Assembly: GCF_013076305.1 (NCBI RefSeq)
Contig: NW_027019640.1
Location: 4,810,378 to 4,874,377, forward strand
DNA length: 64,000 nt
Direction of reading: 5' to 3'
Source of the DNA: Rhopilema esculentum
Taxonomy: Eukaryota
Shown here: piece after piece, positions 26,501-36,100 of the stretch
Layout: each line of letters opens with the position of its first letter
Position numbering within the stretch: position 1 is the first letter of the stretch
The notes under the pieces: generated by a model
What the model saw: only the letters and a program-made list of their open reading frames with translations
What the model was told of the DNA's origin: nothing
The model's database searches: none
Translations under genes and position numbers: made by a program

Positions 26501-29500
26501 TTCTTGGTGAGAACATTATTTTTCTTCTGGATCCGCCTCTGCCTAGAGATCTGAACATGGCTACAAAATAAGTCTTCGATTTCGTTTATCCGTCAAACGT
26601 CAAACGAAAGTATCAAACTGGCTCTCGTTCAATGTAAGAACAATAGAAACAGATAAATTTGATTTTGAGACCCCATGTCACGATTTTAAGCGTTTTTCCT
26701 GGATATTTGTGATTTGTAGAGATTTGAACACGATTACTGTACTCAATCAGATATCCAGCTATTAAGCTATTACGTAGAACGAAGGCTATTTATAATCTTG
26801 CCAATGAAGAAGGGCGAATTTGTCGTGCAATTTGTCTTTAAGTTTATTTCAAGGATTCAACGGAACTTGTAGACACCTGCGATGATTCCAAAGTATCAAA
26901 TTTTGCCCCGTTTAGCCCAATAACCTTCAATGGATTCAATCACTAAAGATCAGGCTGATAATTATTGTACTCTGGTCAACCTTTGATGCCATTCTGCAAA
27001 TATTGCTCGTTAGTATTCTTGTAAGCCTGACGAGCAACAAAACTCCAGTTAGCTTTGTTTCCCTCGTAGTAGATTAGAATTTATTTTGAGTGATTTCTAT
27101 CTCCTTACCACCGCCTTTTTGACCACATTTGTTGCAAATCCATTTTGAGCTTCGTTTTCAAGCTGAGATTCGTCTAATCTTGACAGATCCACGTAATGGA
27201 TTGAGATTGCCAGAGCTTTTCTACGTTTTTGCAAATTAAATTATAAGCTTGCATCACGTGTGACTTTTGATGTTACCTGAGGTGACATTCATCCTTGAAA
27301 TTAGAAGATCATCTTTGCTACAAAGCGTTTAGTTTTGATCAATTTATAGCCAAAACAACGTCAATAAAGAGAACAAACGTAAAAGCTGATCGCCTTTATT
27401 GTCAGCATATGACGAGAGGGTAGAATTTGCATGATAGCTTAGGCTACACACTCCCGGGTCACGTTTTTAAATTTTCTAGAGAAAAATGCCAAAAGCTATT
27501 CTTTGCTTGCAGTCACAAAAAGTACCAACTGTAAATTTAGTTAATTACAGTCTCTTGTCTCTTTTTTTTCTCCTCTTCGTATGCACCAATAGAATTATGG
27601 AGAAACGCAATTCTCGTTTGAAAAAAGATGTTATCTTGCTTAGAAGCAAGAGTAAAAATGGCAAGTCATGAAAATTGCTCTTCAGAGAACCTGCCCAGGG
27701 ATGATATGATCTCTTTTTTCGTTTTGAAGTGTGCTCAGCGTTTATCATTAACCGTTTTAGGGAGCAACATGAGTGAGCTTCTGAGCGAGCTTCGAAATCC
27801 CTCTTTTCTCGGTTAGAAGTGCTCCTTATATCCTGACATATTTTGAGCCAATTTTGCATCTAACCAAACATCTTAAAAGAGAGTTATTTTCTGTTTTCAT
27901 TGTTTTTTGAAAGCTTCAAGCAAGCCCACATCTGTGAATGGCAGTCGATCTCAGCCAGTTCAGCTGCAAAAGTAAGTAAGGTAGCATTTTCTGAACATCC
28001 TCTTTATGTACGGTGCCAGCGTACTCTGCACAGTTCTAAAAAGCATGCAGTAAAGGATACCAATGCGACTGGTGATAAAGGGCTGCATGATGCTAGTAGT
28101 CAGCCACTATCACGTGATTTGGAAGAACTATCAGAGTATATACGTGTGGTGATAAAAGCCGTATTTTGTACTTTACCTGCACAGCCGGTGTGTTTGTGCA
28201 ACCCAATAACACAATGTTCCTTGTTCTTTGTTCAAAGATAGATGCTTGTAGACATCCCAATAACCCACAAAGAATCACAACCATGGCGTGCTATTTTCTA
28301 CATTGAGGTGAAATCAATCAGGGCTGTCGTTAGCTGTTGTGCTAAAGGGGAGGGGGTTACTTAGATCCAATTTTCCGACAAAGTGGATGAGCTGTCTTTA
28401 ATTGGTCGACAAGTCTGAAAATTTGACGACAAAGCACCATTACATTGCAAAAAGCTCCTTGTTTTATACAATGAATTTTTTCCAATGGGAAGTCCCATCC
28501 CCCACGTCCCAACGTAGTGACGACCCTAGAATTACCCTCTTTACCTTCTTTTTTCTTCTCAGACTCTCAAATCCTGTCTTCTTTCAAAGCTAAAATCGAC
28601 AGACTTGATTTACCCCCATATATTATTCTTAGCCCCTCGCTTTCTCCCCTAGTAAGGGCTTTGCTTTAGGCCTCCGGGCCCTACCTAACATTACTGACTA
28701 AATAGGATCTTCTGTTTATTTCATACCAATGAAGATGCAAAAGCTTTTAATTTTTTCTGTCATTGCTTTCATAGACTGACTCTGTCTGAGAAAAATGCCC
28801 TGCGATTCATTAGAAGATTAAAGATCAGAGCTGCATTGAAATTATTTCGGGTGAGTGTTTTATGAATATTGTGCATAAATGACAGTTCATCTTTCCAAAG
28901 AAAACAAAACTCTACGTTCATGATTATCCTAACTAGTTCCTTTTTACGCTGTCATATGTCTGGAATGCTTAAGTAAAATAGCAACTAAACTTAAGCTTGT
29001 TTTCAACAAAACTTTAATCTAAAAAATATCGAGATTAGCTGTAAATTATATTTTACACCCATAATCTGCATAGCATAAGCTGCAGTTGTGCTTATTTGCG
29101 TAAGATAATCTGCAGTTGCGTAAGATAATCTGAATGGTCTTTGAGAATTTTTAAAAAGTGTCTTGCATATGCAAATATTCTCTGAGTTTTAATTCTTTTG
29201 AAAAAGATGCCCCAGGTTAAGTGGTAAAAAGATAATATTGATAGAGAGAAGGCAGTCTATCTTACTGATAAAAAATACTGATAAAGAAGCTGGTAGTTTT
29301 AATAGATTTGGACCGGACTGTATCGAGCAGAATTCAACAGTTCTGAGCAAGGAACTCAGAGAATTCAACAGTTCATATTAGGGGTAAAGCTAACGGAACT
29401 CAACAAATTACAAAATTACTGAATGCCTGAGTATAGGGAGGTGATAACTGGCTTTTCTTGCAATTCCTTAAGTTAATTACAGGCATTTTGGGGGTTCACC

Positions 29501-32500
29501 TTAAATTTGATAGAACCGAAGTACCAATTGGTCCTGGTTTACAACTTTCATTGCTTATTCTTAAGTAATAGGTTTGTACTCTACCACGTTAGAAAACTCA
29601 GGGTCAAAAGAGCTTTCTGAAAATCTTTCGCTTGAGGCCTTTTTTTGCCCTTTGCCCCACCCTTGCTTTCCAACTTACGTCAGAGCCCTTGTTATATATT
29701 TTTCAAGTTTGATAAATGTTCATTTTGTTTTGTGCTGCATAACGACTGTTTTCTGTATTTTACACCACAACATTAATTTTAGCAAGCGCGGCGACCATAC
29801 GATGAAAGGGATATTCTTGATCAATTTGCCGCTGGTCAGGTCGAGATGTTTGCAAAATTGAGGATGATGGGTTCAAGGTAATTCTATCAAAGAATTGATT
29901 TAGAAATAAAAAAACCAACATAAGTCTATTTGATTGCTATATTTAAAAGAAGTTTCATAAGCAATGTGTTCAAAAAGGAAATTGTAGTAAGCATGCTATC
30001 TATCTAGCATTTATAAGCCATGGGAGTTATTTCACTTGCAAAGTTGTATCTATCCACTCAATACGTCATTTCATGAAAATTTCTGCACTAGAATTCAGAA
30101 CAAAATCTGAATCAACACTGTTGTCCGTGAACTCTTTTCAACAACAGAATTTAAAGCTGTACCAGGAAATGTTCTAGTAAGATATATTGAAAAATGTGTA
30201 GGAAGCATCTAATTAATTTTAGACAGGCTTTGGTCCATTGTCTTTGTTTGAGTTTTTCTTACACTTAATTAATGTGATATTTGACGCAAATGATCGAAGC
30301 CTTCCACACGACAATTCATTCCTTTTTAAACTTATCAAGTACAGAGTTTCGATGAAAAGCTTAGGCGTAGCGTAACACCAGAGTTTCAGTCACTTCTGGA
30401 ATAACATTTCAAAATATTGTTACTAATTTTTGTAATTTCAATTATATCTTCAGGGTTGAGAGGATATCTTTGACAGTCGGTAAGTGAAAGGCGCTTTGCT
30501 TTAAAGTGAAAATATTTCTAATACATGGAAAGTATCATTGAGAACTAATATACTTATCATAAGTTAAAGAACTAAAGTTCTCTTACACTTAATTAATGTG
30601 ATGTTTGACAAAAATAGTCGAAGCCTTCCACGCGACACTCCATTCCTTTTTAAATTTATCAAATACACAGTTTCGATGAAAAACTTAGGCGTAGCGTAAC
30701 AACAAACAACGGTTTCAGACCGTGCTCACTCGATGGCAAAACCGATACTGCCTTCAGGAGACCGAAAATATAAAAAAGACAGTAGCTACCCGTACCCTTA
30801 TATGATGAGCTATCCCTACCCTAGTATTCATAAATTTCTCGCACAATGTAAATAGATGACACATCTACTCTATTCCTGAACAAGGTCAATAAAATGAAGC
30901 TAATAAGCATAATGCCTCTTTTTGGCCTTATCCATGCCACTACTTTGTGCGAGGATGGCTCAGTTGTTAAAGGCACTGACTACGAAAAGTATTCAAGTAT
31001 GCTATGTTTCTGCTATTTCGTACCATCTTCAAATTTTGAGATACCAAAAACTTACATGGAGTTTCTCCGTCTTAGTCTTGTTTGCCTTCACAAAAGAACA
31101 AAGTACTTTTTACGCCCGATGTCATTTCTCTTCACAAGATGCTGATATTTTCACTCATATTGATTTGAAAAAGGCTTTCCATAGGTTTTAGGAAAAGGAT
31201 AAATAATAAAAGTCCCCATAGATAGCTTTGAATTGACATGGGCTATCCTATGATGAAGAATAGCTCCTATGTAGTGATGCAACCATTAAACGTGTGCAGT
31301 TTGAAGGATTTCTATTGTATAACATCCTCTCCTATCTTTGTATCCAAAGAGCAACATGAAACATGCTACATAGCACATCAAAAGCAATTTGTTTGACTTC
31401 AAACTGCCGCATCATCTGAACCCTCATGGCAAAAATTTGCTTAATGTATTCAATGTTTATTTATTAAACTGACGATTGCAGACAATCACATAACTAACAA
31501 CAACAAAGAAAGATATTGAAAATAAAAGATTGTCAAGTACCACAGTGCTCCCTAGCTCCCTTCAAAGAAGGTATTGAAAGCGCTATTCTTTAGTCAGAGA
31601 AAAGACAACCGATTTTGTTGATTCTAGGCAACAGTCATAATTTTTATAAAAAATCATTATGACTTTTAAGATATTGATGTGATCGAATATTTGTTTGCAT
31701 TCTCATTCGAATATTTTTTGCTCATTATTCGTTGCTTAACAGTTAAGTTTTTATCTAACTTATAAAAACATGGTGACTTTTCCCCTTTCTAGATCGACAA
31801 ACAAAGATAGTCGGTGAATCCACTGGCAGAGTTAGTCAGCTAGAAGAGGAAGTGAGTTATATTTTTAACACACGTGACCATTCTTGAACATTTGGGTCGA
31901 TGTAGAGACGGACTGTACTGTTCTATTGTGGAGGGGATGGCTGCTAGCAAGCGGCAGGGTGCTCGTTGAACCTACTTTCAATTATACTGTTTTGGCATTA
32001 TCTTTTTCTGATATATTTATTAGTACTAGTACAAAAAATGAGCTACAGCTTCTGCTCAGACACTAGCAGTTTTCAGCCTTCCAAACTCCAAACCAAACCA
32101 AACGGAGTATCCCAAAATAATGGCAGGCGGATCCAACACCGTTTACCAAATGTCATTAGAGTGAAAACCTGCATGAAAGAACCTGTGATTTTCTGTACCA
32201 GGCTGAAGTGGCTCGTTTACTTTGCAAAGTGGTTTTATCTTTAAGATGCTTAGCTGGCAAAAACAACCGCGAAGCTCTTAGTCTTCAGTAACCTTTTTGG
32301 GGTTTTCTAGACACATCCATTATCACGTTTCTTCTTTCGTGTTTACACCAAGAATAACCTTTACGAAAATGCTCACAAGAACTTCAACAGATGCCTTAGA
32401 TCTTAGAATGCCTAATGCTAGACAACTCGCACAGCACAAGTGTACTAATATAACTGTTACATAATGCTTTATACTCATTAATTCTAGCCTCATTCTTAGG

Positions 32501-33119
32501 TTGATTTTGTTGCTTTTGAATATCAATGCTTAAAGGCCCACATAGAAGAAATTCAGTATCAATTCTCTTTGTTGCAATCTGAGCGAAATAGGATAAAGCA
32601 ACACTTTTACCTATTTAATTACCAAGAGCTTGCTGGCATAGGTATACTTTTAACAACAATTGTTCTAACTGTTCTCAATTTCAGGTGACAAATTTGCGGG
32701 ACATTGTTGTAGATACGAAGGACCTGCTAGAAAAACTGTACACTGTTCTTGCCCCGCCGAATATTCAGAATCAAAATACCGTTCCGGAAAACTGTTTTTT
32801 ACAGAAGAAAACTGGAAAGAATGAGCTAGCTGCTGAAGAGAAAAAGCTTCCTGTTTTGAAGAAATCGTTAACTGATGATGATTTATTGACTTCCACTGAT
32901 GAAGAAATTTTCGTAGAAGAACCAGATGAAGAATCGTTGTCAGATGCGGAAATGATTGTTGATCTACCTGGGGGTGCTGTAAACCAGCCCCCAAAAAGGA
33001 GGTTTAGTGCTGATAAGTTGCGAATCATGGCAGATATGCACAATACACGGCTGCTGAGCATCGACTCTGCAAAGTCAACAATACCATCTGATTGTGAAAG
33101 CATCGATTCAGCCCTGTAA
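17262..33119 (+). CDS. KCNQ/Kv7-family voltage-gated K+ channel, paralog A (multi-exon gene span; ATG at 17262, stop TAA at 33117-33119)
   Basis: Exons translate to the KCNQ hallmarks: N-terminal FLEG..Y.VFV, S1-S6 with an R/K-periodic S4, a GYGD pore, the PAG gate followed by GIIGSGFALQ, the IQ motif AAVLIQSFWRRYA, helix B (ALRFIRRLKIRAALKLFR-QARRPYDERDILDQF) and a C-terminal coiled coil. All boundaries are canonical AG/GT. Confidence 0.85.
18425..18521 (+). CDS. Paralog A exon 2, S1 segment (VFLIILASLAMAIMLSMNEFKDSAKYQFVMLKI)
   Basis: Acceptor tttttcag at 18423-18424 and donor GTAAGT at 18522. Hydrophobic S1-like translation; positions anchored to ORF 18351..18641. Confidence 0.85.
19045..19171 (+). 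CDS. Paralog A exon 3, S2 (EYVLLGIFFVEYLLRLWSS...LTPHMIL), 127 nt
   Basis: Acceptor gacag and donor GTAAGT. EY..R.WS is the conserved KCNQ S2 motif. It has the same length and phase as paralog B exon 3. Confidence 0.85.
19671..19743 (+). CDS. Paralog A exon 4, S3 (DLLIMVCSVGLIYGKHLDLDPKTE), 73 nt
   Basis: Acceptor ctttcag at 19669-19670 and donor GTAGGT at 19744. Anchored to the frame of ORF 19576..19764. The paralog B exon is also 73 nt. Confidence 0.8.
20262..20358 (+). CDS. Paralog A exon 5, S4 voltage sensor (LMHMLLLLRILRVDRQNRSFAMFKKVFLKHRK), 97 nt
   Basis: Acceptor tttatag and donor GTACGA. The R/K periodicity plus the RVDRQ motif match KCNQ S4 (R.LRM..VDRQGG). The paralog B exon is also 97 nt. 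Confidence 0.8.
22765..23160 (+). mobile_element. MITE copy 2 (same family), in the paralog A intron between S4 and S5
   Basis: Collinear alignment with copy 1 across the full length. Confidence 0.8.
23241..23545 (+). repeat. Tandem duplication, 141-bp unit x about 2.2, ending about 65 bp upstream of paralog A exon 6
   Basis: The units 23241-23381 and 23382-23522 differ at 1-2 positions; a partial third unit follows. Confidence 0.9.
23612..23740 (+). CDS. Paralog A exon 6, S5 and the start of the P-loop (ELLTCWYMSFIMIMFVAILVYALETDPKDVTVNNLFNGFYWGV)
   Basis: Acceptor ctttgcag at 23610-23611, anchored to ORF 23606..23848; donor GTAAGT at 23741. Confidence 0.9.
24005..24115 (+). CDS. Paralog A exon 7, pore helix, selectivity filter and S6 (ISLASIGYGDISPNTAIAKILICVIAVFGTAFFAMPA), 111 nt
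   Basis: Acceptor ttgtag and donor GTAAGT. It carries the GYGD K+ signature, but the filter reads A-S-I-G-Y-G-D. The paralog B exon is also 111 nt. Confidence 0.85.
24671..24766 (+). CDS. Paralog A exon 8, S6 end and IQ motif start (GIIGSGFALQVAEHQKEKHINRKRRPAAVLIQ), 96 nt
   Basis: Acceptor ttttag at 24669-24670, anchored to ORF 24631..24849. The donor is the weak GTGAAA at 24767. The exon end ..LIQ|gt is conserved with paralog B (AAELIQ|GTACGA). Confidence 0.85.
24927..25185 (-). mobile_element. MITE copy, 5'-truncated and reverse-oriented, in the paralog A intron after exon 8
   Basis: It begins with the TIR TACCGAAGTGATGACGTCAT and matches the reverse complement of the internal MITE sequence (..GGCTGAGATATGGCCACAT.. 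/ ..TTTTATGCCGTTC.TTCAGAT..). Confidence 0.6.
25758..25908 (+). CDS. Paralog A exon 9, helix A calmodulin-binding region (SFWRRYAGDHDLHATWLRHMVDRESRRITKQRIIKSQDVLQGHIPLSAVT)
   Basis: Acceptor ttttacag at 25756-25757 and donor GTAAGT at 25909, anchored to ORF 25689..25949. It matches the KCNQ sequence SAWRYYATN..DLVATWRFY. Confidence 0.85.
28775..28850 (+). CDS. Paralog A helix B exon, first part (LTLSEKNALRFIRRLKIRAALKLFR)
   Basis: Acceptor ctttcatag and donor GTGAGT. It matches the KCNQ helix B sequence IKVIRRMQYFVAKKKF and is paralogous to the B exon at 58713..58791. Coordinates are within about 2 nt. Confidence 0.75.
29783..29877 (+). CDS. Paralog A helix B exon, second part (QARRPYDERDILDQFAAGQVEMFAKLRMMGS), 95 nt
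   Basis: Acceptor ttttag and donor GTAATT. It matches the KCNQ sequence [20 protein letters not shown] almost residue for residue. Anchored to the stop of ORF 29574..29861. Confidence 0.85.
30257..30378 (+). repeat. 122-bp direct repeat, left copy, flanking the paralog A microexon
   Basis: About 88% identical to 30581-30703 (CTTACACTTAATTAATGTGAT.TTTGAC...CTTAGGCGTAGCGTAACA). Confidence 0.85.
30454..30479 (+). CDS. Paralog A 26-nt microexon encoding (R)VERISLTV
   Basis: Acceptor tcttcag and donor GTAAGT. Paralog B has a microexon of identical length at 61538..61563. It is the only reading that keeps the phase between the flanking exons. Confidence 0.6.
30581..30703 (+). repeat. 122-bp direct repeat, right copy
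   Basis: See the left copy. The 26-nt microexon at 30454-30479 lies between the two copies. Confidence 0.85.
30945..30985 (+). mobile_element. Fragment of the tRNA-like SINE head (CGAGGATGGCTCAGTTGTTAAAGGCACTGACTAC)
   Basis: About 90% identical to the head of the copy at 54296. Confidence 0.45.
31793..31851 (+). CDS. Paralog A 59-nt exon, coiled-coil helix C/D region (DRQTKIVGESTGRVSQLEEE)
   Basis: Acceptor ctttctag and donor GTGAGT. The paralog B exon at 61998..62056 is also 59 nt. Confidence 0.6.
32685..33119 (+). CDS. Paralog A terminal exon: the helix D coiled coil (VTNLRDIVVDTKDLLEKLYTVL) and an acidic, Ser-rich C-terminal tail; stop TAA
   Basis: Acceptor tttcag at 32683-32684. ORF 32685..33119 begins at the exon boundary at a GTG, not an ATG. 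The heptad pattern matches the KCNQ tetramerisation coil. Confidence 0.7.
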   Translation: MTNLRDIVVDTKDLLEKLYTVLAPPNIQNQNTVPENCFLQKKTGKNELAAEEKKLPVLKKSLTDDDLLTSTDEEIFVEEPDEESLSDAEMIVDLPGGAVNQPPKRRFSADKLRIMADMHNTRLLSIDSAKSTIPSDCESIDSAL

Positions 33120-36100
33120 GAATGTTCCACAGTTCTTCACAGGGTTGTTTGAAGGTTATGATAAGGTGCCTTTTAGTCAAGGTTGTTGTCTACCCGGCTT
33201 GAAAGTATGAAAAAGAAAAGCTGTCCTTTGGCATACTTGTGTCAATTTGATGAAATCTCGAGAGCCGATTCAAAGAAACATCTTACGATAGAATACAGGG
33301 TATTTGAAACGGCACTTTCCCATCAGTGATCTGTGAAGTTTGGTCTCATACAGACAGAAATATAATATTCTAAGAGACTTATTGTCCCGCGTGATGTTTG
33401 AAGGAATCATAATGTTAGACAAACTGCAAGATGAGTGATGGGGAGAATTAATCTGATATATATATCAAGTAGTTTTGCTCTTAATACCTAGATCATTGCA
33501 GGTCTCTTCAGTTATGAAAACCTACGCAGGCTTGACCAATCACATCAGAGCAGTAGCAAAGACGTGACATGTTCCACATGTGTCTCTGGTGCTACATGAA
33601 GCGCATTCACCTCTTCCACAGAGAGCGGAATAGGTAGTGCCAAGCTAATGTCTCAAAGTTCAAGTTTCTTGGCTTAATAAATTATAGATGCGCTAATATT
33701 CCTGGTGTTATTTTGGGATAGAAATTCCAAAGGTATATCAAAATAGTTTTGTCTGCATTTCCAAGAAAGGAAAAGTGGTGTAATCTAAGCTTTGCTCGTC
33801 CTTTGCCGTCTGGATAAAATAGCATTGATGCTTTGAGATTCGGAACAGTTCGGTTATTTAGTGATACGTGACTTGAAACATTAGGAAATTGCCGTAAGAA
33901 ATGTATAGGTCATTCACCTTTAATTTATGTCGGCCTGACATATCTCATAGTTTATCACGATGGATAGTCTAGTTATTCTCTATAAGCGCCACTAAGTAAT
34001 TTAACTAGATATTGCACTTTACTGGATTAGGGTAGCTGAGAGCAGCAGATTTCTTCTATGGCATTTACATCTTCAAGAAAGGTATGTGACAGAAAATTTA
34101 TCTTTTCTAGAATGTATTTTTTCTAGTCACGGTAAATTAGTTGTTTTTTACATATTTGAATCTTAAAATGATTGATGTATGCAAGACCTTTAAGGAACTG
34201 ATACCAAACGTCTATTAACACATAACAAACCAACGGAAAACCTGAGAAATGCTATGTCTTCTTGAAGTTGAACCTGAGTAGTAGATTGATCGATAAACAG
34301 ACCTAGGGTTTTCTTAATAAACTTCCTCCATCAATGAATCAAATAAACGAATGAAATAGCAACCTTTTTCGGTTGAACTGTAACGTGCAATCTTTTAGCT
34401 TTGATAATTTTTATTTAGCCACACGAATGCTGCAGGAGGAGTAAACAGCATCAATCTTTTCACAGTATATTGCATCCAAAAGAACAAACTTGATCCATTA
34501 ATTTGAAAAGCTGCATTCGCCTGTGGCAGTTACACCAGAGTGGGAGGGAAATGGGTGTGACCTATGATACCACGCCCTCTTTGGTTCAATTTAGTGCCTT
34601 ATATCAGGTTAAATTTTCCTTGGACAAATCTTGATTATTGTGATCTGCACCTACCCAGTACATTTTTATTAACTGTAGGAAGATTTATGCAGACCATGGA
34701 TCGATAAAAGTAATTTTCCCCATACCACCCCTTGGGGCCGCCACTATGTCCTGTATCATTTTTAAAAGCATTAGTTCAGTGGCAAGACAAATCAAATTTT
34801 ATGCCTTAAAAGATTCTACTGAATTTTAACAAATGTGACATCGAATGTGAACCAGACGTGCCGTAAACCTTTGCAGGACCCAGAATTTTCCTAGCCAATG
34901 CAGGATTCATTGTATGGATTTCTCAACTCTTAGATTTCTTGGTAAATCAAGTGTGAATTTGTAAATACGAGGTTTGTTTTTTCTTAATTGATGTTAAGAC
35001 AAAATTTGTGATAATTATTTTAGCTATGATTCATTATTACTTTATATGTAAAAAGAAATAAGAGATCATCGTGATAACCTCAGCCATCATCAATATTATG
35101 AACGTCGTTCTTATTATGATCAGCATGGGATGCCTAAGAAATAAAAAATAATGTTAGATTTTAAGTTAGTAGAGGAAAGGGAACAAACTGTTTATAGAAA
35201 ACCTTATGATTTTATGCGATTTCTTCTTCACATTCAATAGCCAAGATATCGGGTGGCTTTCGATTTCTAGGTGAAAACATTCGTCTGTTTTTAGAGCTGA
35301 AGTTATCAAACTGTATTTAAAGGTTTCTTGTTATTGTGTGCGGTATTCTAACCTCTTCTATTTGGTAGAAATGTGCTTATGTAATGATTCCGTTGTGGCC
35401 TGTAAAAACTCTTACTGACAACGTGCATAGCGAATGGTCAAACAAATCTTGATATGTCTTGATTTCCTTTCTTACTTTCTCGATACGTGGATTTCGTCAA
35501 CAACAGCAGAAATAAGACCTTCAATGGTGTTTTATTATTGTTGATATGTTTACAATGAGATGACTAAAGTTTCAGAAATATAATCTGAAAAACGCAATCG
35601 CGAAACTCTTTGAAAAGATCTCCAGTTTTCTAATAACTCCTTGGGTGTCTGGGTTTCAAAATTCCAACCTCAGGTCTGCCTTTTATTGTGCATATGAAAA
35701 AAGACTCTGGTTTGAAGATACCAGCCTCGTTCTGATCTAAGGGGCGCATCCCAAATCATTGCGCATCCCGAATCCTCGCCACTGCATCAGTTTTTAACCT
35801 GCATCACTGTTATTTTAGAGGATCTGATACTCAGTGGATCTCAATAACAGATACACTCAGAAAAGGAAGCTTCTTTAGGTGGTTCCATTAACAATTTTGG
35901 AATATTTTTGCTGCTAGTCTACTGAAACACTTATTCTCAAAGAAACTATGAATTAGGAGTATCAGAAGTATTATCAAGGTAGGAAAGAAGTTTGGGAACA
36001 ATTTCTCTTTTCAAATTGTTATTGCGAGTTTCCTAGCCATTGATTGTCTGTGACGCAGGCCAAGTTTCCAAGCATGGAAACTCTTTATGAAGAATACTTC

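Noticed and set aside
27900-28241. 113-aa ORF treated as a single large KCNQ linker exon
   Set aside because: No splice-phase-consistent way to join it to exon 9 and to the helix B exon was found. It is kept only as a candidate in a finding and is not annotated as CDS.
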